This document shows, in pieces, positions 1 through 8,769 of a DNA stretch of 32,000 nucleotides. Source of the DNA: Bacillota bacterium (GTDB taxonomy: Bacteria; Bacillota; Sulfobacillia; JABLXB01); contig JABLXB010000001.1 of assembly GCA_013178305.1 (NCBI GenBank), positions 656,253 through 688,252 of the forward strand, written 5' to 3'. The first letter of the stretch is position 1. Each line of letters starts with the position of its first letter. A program made the translations under genes and the position numbers. The notes beneath the pieces are model-generated. The model was given only the letters and a program-made list of their open reading frames with translations. It did not search any database and was not told the DNA's origin.

Positions 1-1280
1 ACATTCCGGCCCTTCCTCACCCTTCCCATGAGTCTCATGATGCATTTCGCCAGCTCGTGTGGGTCGTGCCTTACGTAGTCACCTCTGGTCACTAGGGGTT
101 TACTCACGACGGTGGCTCCGCCGAGCTCCACGTCTCCGCCTACCGGGACGGCACCCTGTTCGAGGTAGCGGCGGCGCGCCGGTTCCGGCGCCTCCTCACT
201 GTTACATACCACCGCGTCGATGGCGTCCTCTCCCAGCGCCCCCGCGACCGCCAGCACGTGCGCCGCGGCGTCGTAGCCGTCGGTCTCTCCGGGCTGCGTC
301 ATCACGTTGCAGACGTATATGCGAAGCGCCTTCGAGCGCCGCACGGCCTCAGCTATGCCGCGAACCGACAGGTTCGGCATGATGCTCGTGTACAGGCTGC
401 CGGGGCCGATCACGATCGCGTCGGCCTCCTCGATGGCGCGGATCGCCTCGGGGAGCGGCTGGGGGTCCGGAGGGTCCAGGAACACCCGCCTGATCTGCCT
501 TCCCGGCTGCGGGATCGAGCTCTCGCCGCGCACGACGTTCCCTCCGGCGACCTCGGCGCAGAGCGTGACGTTCTCGAGTGTCGAGGGAAGAACGCGCCCG
601 CGAATGGCAAGGACCTTGCTCGACTGGCGCACTGCCTCTTCGAAGTCCCCCGTCATCTCGGTCATAGCGGCGAGGAACAGGTTCCCAAAGCTGTGCCCCC
701 GCAGTTCACCCTTCCGGAACCGGTGTTGGAACAGCGCTTCCATCAGGGGCTCGGTGTCGGCCAGCGCGACGAGGCAGTTTCTGACGTCACCGGGGGGCAG
801 CATGCCGATGTCCCGCCGGAGGCGGCCGGAACTGCCGCCGTCATCGGCCACGGTGACTATGGCGGTGATGTTGTTCGTGTACTCCTTCAGGCCGCGCAGG
901 AGGACCGAAAGGCCGGACCCTCCGCCAATGGCGACTATCCTCGGGCCACGTTCGAGGTAGCGCTTCTGGAATACGATGTCAGTGAGACTATCGGTGGCGC
1001 CCGGTGCGAGCGCCCCGACTATCGAGTGTACCAGGCGGTTGACCGCATAGGCGCACAGCCCGACCCCCACGACGAACACGGCGACGCCCAGCCCGACGGG
1101 AGAGGCCTGGCCGCCCGCGATTGACCTCCCGAACTCAAGCAGCACTTGCTCGATCCTCGCGAGGAATCGCAGGTCGGAAGCGATGGCGATGCCCTCGCCG
1201 GCCATGATGACGCCGAGCGACAGAAGAAACACCCAGCGTTTTATGTTGAGTCCCGGGAGAAACCAGCGGGCTATCCTCAT
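1..1280 (-). CDS. yvcK: YvcK/CofD-family gluconeogenesis factor with N-terminal transmembrane extension; truncated at window edge
   Basis: My reverse-strand translation from ATG at 1280 gives [23 protein letters not shown]... followed by [44 protein letters not shown] and [17 protein letters not shown]; ATGA overlap with rapZ; open to window position 1. Confidence 0.95.
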   Translation of the reverse strand, partial: MRIARWFLPGLNIKRWVFLLSLGVIMAGEGIAIASDLRFLARIEQVLLEFGRSIAGGQASPVGLGVAVFVVGVGLCAYAVNRLVHSIVGALAPGATDSLTDIVFQKRYLERGPRIVAIGGGSGLSVLLRGLKEYTNNITAIVTVADDGGSSGRLRRDIGMLPPGDVRNCLVALADTEPLMEALFQHRFRKGELRGHSFGNLFLAAMTEMTGDFEEAVRQSSKVLAIRGRVLPSTLENVTLCAEVAGGNVVRGESSIPQPGRQIRRVFLDPPDPQPLPEAIRAIEEADAIVIGPGSLYTSIMPNLSVRGIAEAVRRSKALRIYVCNVMTQPGETDGYDAAAHVLAVAGALGEDAIDAVVCNSEEAPEPARRRYLEQGAVPVGGDVELGGATVVSKPLVTRGDYVRHDPHELAKCIMRLMGRVRKGRN

Positions 1281-2170
1281 TCCTTCCCCTGCCCTGCGGT
1301 GAGCCATTTGTCGATGTCGCGGTGCTCCACGACCACAGTGTTACCCTCTCCGCGCAGCGCGTTTGCGAGCTCTTCCGCGACCACGACGGACCTGTGCTGG
1401 CCTCCGGTGCAGCCTACGGCGATGTTGAGTTGCGTCTTCCCCTCATTAATGTAGTGGGGCAGCAGGAATCTGATGAGGGAATTGAGCCGCCTCATGAACT
1501 TCTTCGTGACCGGCCACTTGAGGACGTACTCCTTCACCTCGTCGCGTTCGCCGGTCAGCGGCCGCAGCGACTCCACGTAGTGCGGGTTGGGCAGGAACCT
1601 GACGTCGAATACGAGGTCGGCATCGAGGGGAAGCCCATGCTTGAAACCGAACGTCACGACGGTAATGATTATGCGCCTGCGCTCTTTCTCCGTGGAGAAT
1701 ATCTGGAGGATCTCTTCCCTGAGGCGCTGGGGTGTCAGGTCCGAGGTATCGATAATGACGTTGGCCTTGCCTTTTATCTCCTCGAGCTTTTTCCTCTCTG
1801 CTTTTATGCCCTCGAGGATGTTGCCCTGCGGAGCCAGCGGGTGCCTGCGCCGGGTCTCCTTGTACCTCCGCACCAGCACCTCGTCGTTCGCTTCGAGGAA
1901 CAGTATCTCGTACGGCAGCCCGACCTCTTCGAGCCCTTTGAGCGCTTCGGCAAGGTCGTCGAAGAACTCGCCCCCACGGATGTCGATGACGAGGGCGACC
2001 CGCCGCACGGAGTCGCCGGACGACTGGGCGCACAGCTCAGCGAACTTGGGTATCAGGGCAGGTGGCAGGTTGTCCACGCAGAAGAACCCGAGATCCTCGA
2101 GACTCCGCACGGCCTGGGTTTTGCCCGCGCCGGACAACCCCGTGATGATGACGAACCTGATGTCGTTCAC
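1277..2170 (-). CDS. rapZ: RNase adapter / nucleotide-binding protein RapZ (YvcJ)
   Basis: [43 protein letters not shown] Walker A and C-terminal [23 protein letters not shown]...[14 protein letters not shown]; adjacent to yvcK; GTG start. Confidence 0.97.
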   Translation of the reverse strand: MNDIRFVIITGLSGAGKTQAVRSLEDLGFFCVDNLPPALIPKFAELCAQSSGDSVRRVALVIDIRGGEFFDDLAEALKGLEEVGLPYEILFLEANDEVLVRRYKETRRRHPLAPQGNILEGIKAERKKLEEIKGKANVIIDTSDLTPQRLREEILQIFSTEKERRRIIITVVTFGFKHGLPLDADLVFDVRFLPNPHYVESLRPLTGERDEVKEYVLKWPVTKKFMRRLNSLIRFLLPHYINEGKTQLNIAVGCTGGQHRSVVVAEELANALRGEGNTVVVEHRDIDKWLTAGQGKE

Positions 2171-2212
2171 TGCAACGACTCTCCCCAGGCAGGTTATTTG
2201 GGGCTTAACCTT

Positions 2213-3043
2213 CTACTCCGCGATGACGGTATCCTCTATTGGCTCCGGCGGTCGACCGCCGCCGGAGGCCGGCCTCCGGCGGTAGCCGTCGAGTGCCACG
2301 TTTGCGATCTGCTCTGGCACGAGTCCTGCCTTCTCCGCTATCGCCGCGGCGCGCTCGACCCGGCCCACGTCCCGAGGGTCGTGAGCGTCGCTGGAGAGGA
2401 CGAACTTGGCGCCCTGCCTGGCGGCCACCCGTACGTAGTCCGGCCCGCTGCGCGTGTGGGAGGCGTTGATCTCCAGGGCCGTCCCCTTTCTGACGCACGC
2501 GCGCGCCAGCTCCGCCGTATCGATGTTGACCTTGAGGCCGGGGTGGGTTATCAGGTCGATCCTGTTCCGGTACACCGCCTCGACCAGTGCCTTCGTATTG
2601 TCGACCCTTGCTCGCCGCGAGCCCGCCCGCGTCCACCGGGCCAGGGTGAGGTTGTTCACCATCAACCTCAGGGTATCGTCGAGCGTGGGGGGCAAGACCT
2701 GCAGGTGTATACCAGCCAGTCTGATATCGAGACGCGCGTCGATTTCGGGTGGGGTGTCCAGTCTCCCGTCGAGGCTGACAACGTTGGCCTCTATGCCCGC
2801 GAGCACCTTTATCTGCGGGAACTCCCGTTGGCACTCCTCAATATCTTGCAGAAGGGCCCCCCAACGGCTCCTCTTCGTGCCTATCCACAGCATGGCGGGG
2901 CCGTGGTCGGTTATGCCGACCTCCGACAGCCCCATCGATACGGCGGCCCGGACGTTGTCCCTCACGGACCCGGTCCCGTGGCTGTACCTGGTGTGCGTGT
3001 GGTAATCGGCGAATACCCTGAATTTGCCGTCAGCGGGGGCCAC
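2213..3043 (-). CDS. PHP-domain phosphoesterase/hydrolase
   Basis: ADYHTHTRYSHGTGSVRDNVRAA, GITDHGP, NASHTR, SDAHDPRDVGR metal-binding motifs of the PHP family; GTG start. Confidence 0.9.
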   Translation of the reverse strand: MAPADGKFRVFADYHTHTRYSHGTGSVRDNVRAAVSMGLSEVGITDHGPAMLWIGTKRSRWGALLQDIEECQREFPQIKVLAGIEANVVSLDGRLDTPPEIDARLDIRLAGIHLQVLPPTLDDTLRLMVNNLTLARWTRAGSRRARVDNTKALVEAVYRNRIDLITHPGLKVNIDTAELARACVRKGTALEINASHTRSGPDYVRVAARQGAKFVLSSDAHDPRDVGRVERAAAIAEKAGLVPEQIANVALDGYRRRPASGGGRPPEPIEDTVIAE

Positions 3044-3049
3044 TCCAGA

Positions 3050-3877
3050 TTACTCCAGGAGCCCCGATAGATGCTCCTCGAAATCCTGTGGGCGCACCAG
3101 GAACGCCAGTCTCTCGGGTTCGGTGATCATGCACGTGTACAGCGGGACCCCGCGCCGCAGCCCCAGTTCGGGTAGATCGGCCGGGTCCACCAGCCTCGGC
3201 GCGGGTGCGTAGCCGTAATGCTCGTTCGGCACGAACACGCCCTTGTCGCCGTTCTCCACCTCGTAGAAGGCAGCGCCCCGGGCCTGCCTGTACGGCCCGT
3301 AGTTCGAGGTGAACGTCGCCTCCACGAGGTTGCACATCACCAGAGGCTCGGGGCCCGGATTAATCGTGACGTGGCCGTACCCGGGCGGCATGACGACCTT
3401 GTCGCCCGGCCCCGCCTCGACCACCACCACGTCGTCGACCGTACCGGGTTGTTCGCCAGGTCTCTGCAGGAGGTAATGGGCGCGCCCGCTCAATACCTCG
3501 TATATCTCGGGATACTCGACGGATTCCCCGGGAACGTGGGCGTGGTAGTGGCCCGCGGTCTTTATGTACTCCGTTCCGATGGCGCCCGGGCGGATCACGG
3601 TTATGTCGTACCTGATGGAGTGGCATTCGGCAATGCTACGGTGTTCGGGGAGTACGACCCCCCTGTACATAAAGTAGAGGTCTTCGGGTCCCGCCGCAGT
3701 CTGGTTGTAGAGAACGTCGCGGATCTCCTGGAGGCGCCTGACCGAGGGTTTGACCGCAGTCAGGCCGTCCGAAAACCGGACGTCCAGCCCATCAACGGAG
3801 ATCGGGATGCCTGAAATCTCGCGCAGATCCCGCATGAATACCATCCTTTCCGAGCCCGCCTCTACAGTGCCCCGCAT
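3050..3877 (-). CDS. Cupin-type (archaeal-type) glucose-6-phosphate isomerase
   Basis: YDITVIRPGAIGTEYIKTAGHYHAHVPGESVEYPEIYEVLSGRAHYLLQRPG...PPGYGHVTINPG: cupin GPI signature with GHYH and later H. Confidence 0.88.
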   Translation of the reverse strand: MRGTVEAGSERMVFMRDLREISGIPISVDGLDVRFSDGLTAVKPSVRRLQEIRDVLYNQTAAGPEDLYFMYRGVVLPEHRSIAECHSIRYDITVIRPGAIGTEYIKTAGHYHAHVPGESVEYPEIYEVLSGRAHYLLQRPGEQPGTVDDVVVVEAGPGDKVVMPPGYGHVTINPGPEPLVMCNLVEATFTSNYGPYRQARGAAFYEVENGDKGVFVPNEHYGYAPAPRLVDPADLPELGLRRGVPLYTCMITEPERLAFLVRPQDFEEHLSGLLE

Positions 3878-3880
3878 GCG

Positions 3881-4450
3881 CTATTCAGTGGACGGGTCTC
3901 TGGGCTTGCAGATAACCTCCAGCACCTGGCCGTCGAAGAATGACTTGGCGTGGGCTGGCCTTACTACCAGAGCGGTGTCGGCGCCGTTACTCGATCCCCC
4001 GACTGCTATTATTTCCTCGCCGTAGGGTACCAACCCTGCGTCGAGGGCCATCGTGGCGATCTCCACGCACACCTTCGTCCCCTGCCCGAACATGCGGAGG
4101 GTGTACGCTATCAAGCCGCCCACGTATTGACCGCCGAACTTGTTCGCGACTGCGCGGTCCACGCCGCCGAACAGGTGGGTCGTGATGAGCACCGGAACCC
4201 CCTTCGACCGCAGTTCGGATACGATCTCCGCCGGCATCTGCTGTTTGCCCGGCTCGTCAAACCCGGAGTGGTGGGCGACCACGATCAGCTTTATTCCGCC
4301 CTCGCGCGGCAACAGCTCGAGCGCCTTCCTGGCCGTGGGTCCGCACGTGCTGGCCACCACGACATGTTTTATGCCCATCTCGCGGGCACGAGCGTATGCC
4401 GCCTCGATGGTCGCAACGGTGTTTTCGGCTCCTGCGCGTTCCCAGTACAT
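3881..4450 (-). CDS. Pyruvate kinase alpha/beta (C-terminal)-domain-like stand-alone protein
   Basis: MYWERAGAENTVATIEAAYARAREMGIKHVVVASTCGPTARKALELLP... matches the stand-alone PK C-terminal-domain family as I recall it. Confidence 0.75.
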   Translation of the reverse strand: MYWERAGAENTVATIEAAYARAREMGIKHVVVASTCGPTARKALELLPREGGIKLIVVAHHSGFDEPGKQQMPAEIVSELRSKGVPVLITTHLFGGVDRAVANKFGGQYVGGLIAYTLRMFGQGTKVCVEIATMALDAGLVPYGEEIIAVGGSSNGADTALVVRPAHAKSFFDGQVLEVICKPRDPSTE

Positions 4451-4598
4451 AGACGCACCTCCGGCTGACAGGTTCTGCGAAAAGCCCTGTCTCCCCTCTT
4501 ACTCTTTTTCACCAGGCCGCGCATTTAAAAAGGTAAGGAGGTTCCGGGGCGAATGTGTAGAACCCACGTCGTTAGCGGCAGCATCCAGAGGTGTTCAC

Positions 4599-7598
4599 AT
4601 GACCGGCCTTGCCGATAGAGTACGAAAGATGATTGAGTCCGAAGACGAACGCCAGCCGTTCACCGATGGGCAGATGGCGAAAGCGCTGGGCGTGAAGAGG
4701 CCGTACATCACACACCTCCGAAGGGAAATGGGGATGCCGGATTCCCGGGAGCGCCTCAAGCAGGCGCTCCACCGCGCCATCGGCAGGCTTCCCAGGACCG
4801 GCGGTGCGGGCCATGAAGAGCGCCTCGATCTCAACGAACTCGCATCCAGGCTCGGTAGGGCCGGCTTCAATGTTTCGCGCTACACCTTGCGAAGGTTCCT
4901 TAGCGCCTACGGTCAGGGGGGCGCGACGCCGGTGCGCTCCAGCGGCAGTACGACCACCGGAATGGAGCGCCGCCGGGACAGCCGGGGTAACCAGGCCGCA
5001 GGCGGTGGGCGGGCTGCGCAAGGTGAGCGGGCCACGCGGGGGGAACAGGCTCCACAAGACGCGTTTGCCTCCGTGATCGGCTACGACGGGGACCTCAAGA
5101 GCTGCGTCGACCTCGCCAAAGCCGCCGTGCTGTACCCGCCGAACGGCCTGCACACACTCATAGTCGGCGAAACAGGGGTGGGTAAGAACCTGTTTGCCGA
5201 GGCGATGTACCGGTTCGGGGTCGAGTCGGGAGCGCTGAAACCCGCCGCCCCGTTCGTGCATTTTAACTGCTCGGATTACGCAAACAACCCCGAACTGCTC
5301 TTATCGCAGCTTTTCGGTCATGCGAAGGGGGCCTATACCGGCGCCGAGGGGGAAAAGCCCGGTCTCGTCGAGAGGGCAAGCGGGGGGATGTTGTTCCTGG
5401 ATGAAGTGCATCGCCTGCCGCCGCAGGGGCAGGAGATCCTGTTCCGCATCATAGACACGGGGCGGTTCCGGCGACTCGGGGAGACGGGAGTCGAGCACAA
5501 CCTCACGATCCGGCTCGTGGCGGCTACGACGGAAAAACCCGAGGCGATGCTGCTCGACGCGTTTCGCAGGCGGATCCCCGTGTTCATCGAGATCCCGCCG
5601 CTGCAAAAGCGGTCCTTTCACGAGCGTTTTCACCTGCTCTCGCAGTTCTTCCGGCAAGAGGCCGCACGAGTTCGCACGCGGATAACGGTCACCCGCGACG
5701 CCCTCGTCTCACTCATGCTGTACTCCCCGAAGGGAAACGTGGGCCAGCTCAAGAGCGACATACAGGTGTCGATCGCGAAAGCGTTCCTGAACAGCGTTAC
5801 CGACCGGCGGGATGACATGAGGGTCGATGTGAACACGCTCCCCTTCGAAGCCCAGAAGGGCCTGGTTAAGGCCAGCAGCCTGAGATACGGTCAGGATTTC
5901 CTGGCGCCGCTCACCGACATGGTATTCGAAGTGAAGCAGGGCGAGGCGCAGGCTGAGCCATTCCCCGGCAAAGCCCCGAGCAAGGCGGGGGTAGAGGAGA
6001 CCATATACGATTTCATAGAAGCACGCTGGCGGCAGCTGCGGGAGACCAACTTCTCGGAGGACGAGATCGGCGATCTGATCGGCCACGAGGTCGAGCGCAA
6101 GATCAGCGCCAGCATGAAGCGAAGCGCCCGGGTTGCCCGCGATGACCTTGTCAAGGTGGTCGGGAGCCATCTGGTGCGCTCTGTAGAGGAGGCGCTTACG
6201 CTGGCCGGCCCCGCGATAGCGGTATCGAACCCGAACCTGGCTTACTATCTGGCGCTTCATCTCCACGCTTCAGTCAACCGTATCAAGCAGGGAAAACCGG
6301 TGATCAACCCTCGTCTGAACGAAATCCGCTCGTCTTACCCCGCGGAATTCGAACTGGCCAGGAAGATGCTGGCATACATCGAGGGGAGCCTGGGAGTGGC
6401 GTTGCCCGAGGCCGAAGCGGGTTTCGTGGCGCTGTACTTACGTAACGCGTCCGCGGCCCAGCAGGGGCCGCCGGATGTCGGGCTCGTCGTGATGACGCAC
6501 GGCCGCGTGGCGAGCAGTCTCCTCGAAGTGGCCCACAGACTGATGGGAGAGTCCGACACCTGCTGCGTCGAGATGTCGCTCGATGAGAACCCCGAACAGG
6601 TCATACGCCGCGCCACGGATGCCGTGATCCAGGCAAACCGCGGCAGCGGCGTGCTGATCCTGGCCGACATGGGATCTCTCACCACGTTCGGGCCCGTCAT
6701 ATCGAAAAGTACGGGGATCGAAACCAGGACTGTGGACAGGGTCGACTCGATCCTGGTGATGGAAGCCATGCGCCGCATCCGCTTCTCCCGGCTGAGCCTC
6801 GACGAACTCTCCCTGCAGCTCGGGGAGATCTCGGGCGGGCGACCGGCGGCCGCCGAGCGGTCCAGGCGCGGGGCGGTCATCCTGACCGTTTGCCTCACGG
6901 GAAAGGGAACCGCGGAGCACCTGAAGAAACTGCTCGACCACACGCTCACCGACAGCTCGGTTGAGATACGGCCGCTCGGCGTGTTCGGTTCGGGGGACCT
7001 TTCACAGGCGATATCGAGGATCCAGGCCGGCAAGGACGTCATTGCGGTCGTCGGCACGGTGGACCCCGAGTATCCGAACGTCCCATTCATTTCGGTGGAA
7101 GAGGTGATCTCGGGGAGGGCAACGCGTGTACTGCAATCCCTCATCGAGCAACGCCCTTCCCCGTCACTCCAGGACCTGTTCGACGCGTCGCTCTGCAGGG
7201 CGAAGGTCAACCCGGGCACGAAGGACGAGGTGCTCAGGGACATGTGCGACATGCTCCGGAAGGCCGGCGTCGTCAGGGAAGGGTTCTACGAGAGCGTCGT
7301 GGAACGCGAGTCGCTTGCTCCCACATGCATGTACGACCCGGGTGAGAACCCCATGGCCATCCCGCACCCCCTGGTGTCCAGTTTCACGGAGAAGTCCGCC
7401 GTGGCTGTCGCCACCCTGGCGTCCCCGGTGGAATGGGGTGGCCTGGTGGTCGACCTGGTATTCCTCATCGCCTATACGTCCCGCGACAAGGTCCTGGCAG
7501 AGACGTTCTTTCACACCGTGCTGAAGAACGAGGGCCTGCTCGCAGCGTTGCGAAAGGCGAAGAAGGATTCGGACATTTTCAGCCTGTTACGTTCTTGA
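4599..7598 (+). CDS. Sigma-54-dependent PTS-regulated transcriptional activator (LevR-like; HTH, AAA+, PRD, EIIA-man-like, EIIB-like, EIIA type-2-like)
   Basis: Start re-assigned from ORF-track 4140 to ATG 4599 (MTGLADRVRKMIESEDERQ) because 4140-4450 is antisense to the 3881-4450 gene and 4599 has an upstream AGAGGTG. Walker A LIVGETGVGKN, GAYTGA sigma-54 contact motif, Walker B GGMLFLDEVHRL, PRD-like NPNLAYYLALHLHASVNRIKQG, EIIA-man-like VVMTHGRVASSLLEVA, C-terminal NPMAIPHPLVSSF. Confidence 0.9.
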   Translation: MTGLADRVRKMIESEDERQPFTDGQMAKALGVKRPYITHLRREMGMPDSRERLKQALHRAIGRLPRTGGAGHEERLDLNELASRLGRAGFNVSRYTLRRFLSAYGQGGATPVRSSGSTTTGMERRRDSRGNQAAGGGRAAQGERATRGEQAPQDAFASVIGYDGDLKSCVDLAKAAVLYPPNGLHTLIVGETGVGKNLFAEAMYRFGVESGALKPAAPFVHFNCSDYANNPELLLSQLFGHAKGAYTGAEGEKPGLVERASGGMLFLDEVHRLPPQGQEILFRIIDTGRFRRLGETGVEHNLTIRLVAATTEKPEAMLLDAFRRRIPVFIEIPPLQKRSFHERFHLLSQFFRQEAARVRTRITVTRDALVSLMLYSPKGNVGQLKSDIQVSIAKAFLNSVTDRRDDMRVDVNTLPFEAQKGLVKASSLRYGQDFLAPLTDMVFEVKQGEAQAEPFPGKAPSKAGVEETIYDFIEARWRQLRETNFSEDEIGDLIGHEVERKISASMKRSARVARDDLVKVVGSHLVRSVEEALTLAGPAIAVSNPNLAYYLALHLHASVNRIKQGKPVINPRLNEIRSSYPAEFELARKMLAYIEGSLGVALPEAEAGFVALYLRNASAAQQGPPDVGLVVMTHGRVASSLLEVAHRLMGESDTCCVEMSLDENPEQVIRRATDAVIQANRGSGVLILADMGSLTTFGPVISKSTGIETRTVDRVDSILVMEAMRRIRFSRLSLDELSLQLGEISGGRPAAAERSRRGAVILTVCLTGKGTAEHLKKLLDHTLTDSSVEIRPLGVFGSGDLSQAISRIQAGKDVIAVVGTVDPEYPNVPFISVEEVISGRATRVLQSLIEQRPSPSLQDLFDASLCRAKVNPGTKDEVLRDMCDMLRKAGVVREGFYESVVERESLAPTCMYDPGENPMAIPHPLVSSFTEKSAVAVATLASPVEWGGLVVDLVFLIAYTSRDKVLAETFFHTVLKNEGLLAALRKAKKDSDIFSLLRS

Positions 7599-7630
7599 TT
7601 CACTCCGGCTTTTCCCCAGCGTAACCGCCT
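7581..7630. promoter_or_regulatory. Candidate upstream activator site (inverted repeat)
   Basis: AGCCTGTTACG (7581-7591) and CGTAACCGCCT (7620-7630); reverse complement of the second is AGGCGGTTACG, 9/11 identical to the first; lies about 20-70 bp upstream of the -24 element. Confidence 0.45.
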
Positions 7631-7652
7631 ATTTACCTTTTTCTCTCGTGAC

Positions 7653-7666
7653 GGCACGCGCCTTGC
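7653..7666 (+). promoter_or_regulatory. Sigma-54 (-24/-12) promoter for the aldolase-PTS-corrinoid operon
   Basis: acGGCACGCGCCTTGCttt: GG (7653-7654), exactly 10 nt, GC (7665-7666), matching TGGCACG-N4-TTGCW closely; directly downstream of a sigma-54 activator gene. Confidence 0.85.
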
Positions 7667-7778
7667 TTTGGTGTCATACCAGGATGCCGGCGGCTCTCAC
7701 CGGCGCCGGCGGGACCGTGGCTCAGGGCCGTGGATCACCGGCAGGGCTTCACCATAGCGTGAGGAGGTGCACCGTGCG

Positions 7779-8432
7779 ATGCTCGGGACTCTCAGGGCGG
7801 AAGTACTTCACACGGCGAGGTCGCTGCGTGACCTCGGGCTTGTGTCTCTCGCCGGCGGGACCGTGTGCGCGCGAGACCGGGAGACCGGCCTGGTGGCGAT
7901 CACGCCGTCCGGGGTCGATTACTTCGAGATAACCTCCCCTGACGGGATATGCGTCGTCGATCTGGACATGCGGCTGGTGGACGGGCGGTACAAGCAGTCC
8001 ATCGCGACGGACATGTTTACGCGCATCCTCAAGGCGCGACCTGACGTGGGTGCGGTGATACACACTCACTCCCCGTTCGCCACCGCGTTCTCGTGCTGCG
8101 ACGAGCCGTTACCCGTCCTCACGACGACGCACGCGAACATCGCCGGCGGCCCCGTGCCCGTGGTAGTCCCCCTCCACCCCGGCGCCCACACCGGGGACTA
8201 TCTCGACAACATAGTCACCACCATGGGAACGGGCTATGCGGTGAACCTCAGCCATCACGGTCCGGTTGTCGCCGGGCGGGATCTCGAGCACTGCCTGGCC
8301 GTGGCCATAACCGTCGAGGACACCGCCAGGATCGCGGCCATCGCGCGCCGATTGGGCGGCGCGACTCCGCTCGACGCAGCCCAGACGAGAATCGCATTCG
8401 AGTATTACAACACCAAGTACGGACAGAGGTGA
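7779..8432 (+). CDS. Class II aldolase/adducin family protein (L-fuculose-phosphate-aldolase-like)
   Basis: LGLVSLAGGTVCARD...ITPSGVDY...AVIHTHSPFATAFS...NLSHHGPVVAGRD; AGGAGG at 7762-7767 supports ATG 7779 (ORF track starts at 7767). Confidence 0.9.
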   Translation: MLGTLRAEVLHTARSLRDLGLVSLAGGTVCARDRETGLVAITPSGVDYFEITSPDGICVVDLDMRLVDGRYKQSIATDMFTRILKARPDVGAVIHTHSPFATAFSCCDEPLPVLTTTHANIAGGPVPVVVPLHPGAHTGDYLDNIVTTMGTGYAVNLSHHGPVVAGRDLEHCLAVAITVEDTARIAAIARRLGGATPLDAAQTRIAFEYYNTKYGQR

Positions 8433-8446
8433 AAGGAGGGTCCGGT

Positions 8447-8737
8447 ACGAGAAAGCTGGTGATCGTAGTGTGCGGAGCGGGAATCAACACGTCCACGGCT
8501 GCCAGGGATTTCATCATGGAAGAGCTGGCCAGACGCAAGATCGGCGACGTCGAGATCAAGCACGTGCTGCTGGGCGACATCGAGCGCTATCGCGGCCAGG
8601 CGAGCGTCATAGTGCCGATGGTCAACGCGAACTTCGATTTCGGCGTCCCGGTGGTAAAAGGCATGGTATTCCTTATCGGGAGACGGGCGGACAAGGTAAA
8701 GGCAGTCGATGAAATCGTACAGCACCTCAGCACTTAG
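8447..8737 (+). CDS. PTS galactitol-type EIIB component (start uncertain; possible ACG start)
   Basis: RKLVIVVCGAGINTSTAARDFIMEELARR with the IIB phospho-Cys loop CGAGxxTST; SD AAAGGAGGG at 8432-8440, ACG at 8447. Confidence 0.85.
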   Translation, partial: TRKLVIVVCGAGINTSTAARDFIMEELARRKIGDVEIKHVLLGDIERYRGQASVIVPMVNANFDFGVPVVKGMVFLIGRRADKVKAVDEIVQHLST

Positions 8738-8769
8738 CAGTACCGGAACGAACGAAGGGAGGACGTGAA

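Noticed and set aside
258-1124. 288-aa and 217-aa plus-strand ORFs over the yvcK region
   Set aside because: Antisense shadows of yvcK, whose minus-strand frame is missing from the ORF track only because it runs off the window.
1322-3070. 582-aa plus-strand ORF
   Set aside because: Fully antisense to rapZ and the PHP gene, which have clear conserved motifs; long antisense ORFs are expected in GC-rich coding DNA; translation has no recognisable family features.
4140-4598. N-terminal extension of the 1152-aa ORF
   Set aside because: Overlaps the oppositely oriented 3881-4450 gene and the divergent intergenic region; ATG at 4599 has an SD and begins the recognisable HTH region.
6335-7252. 305-aa minus-strand ORF opposite the LevR-like activator
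   Set aside because: Serine/arginine-rich reverse-frame translation of a strongly conserved sense gene.
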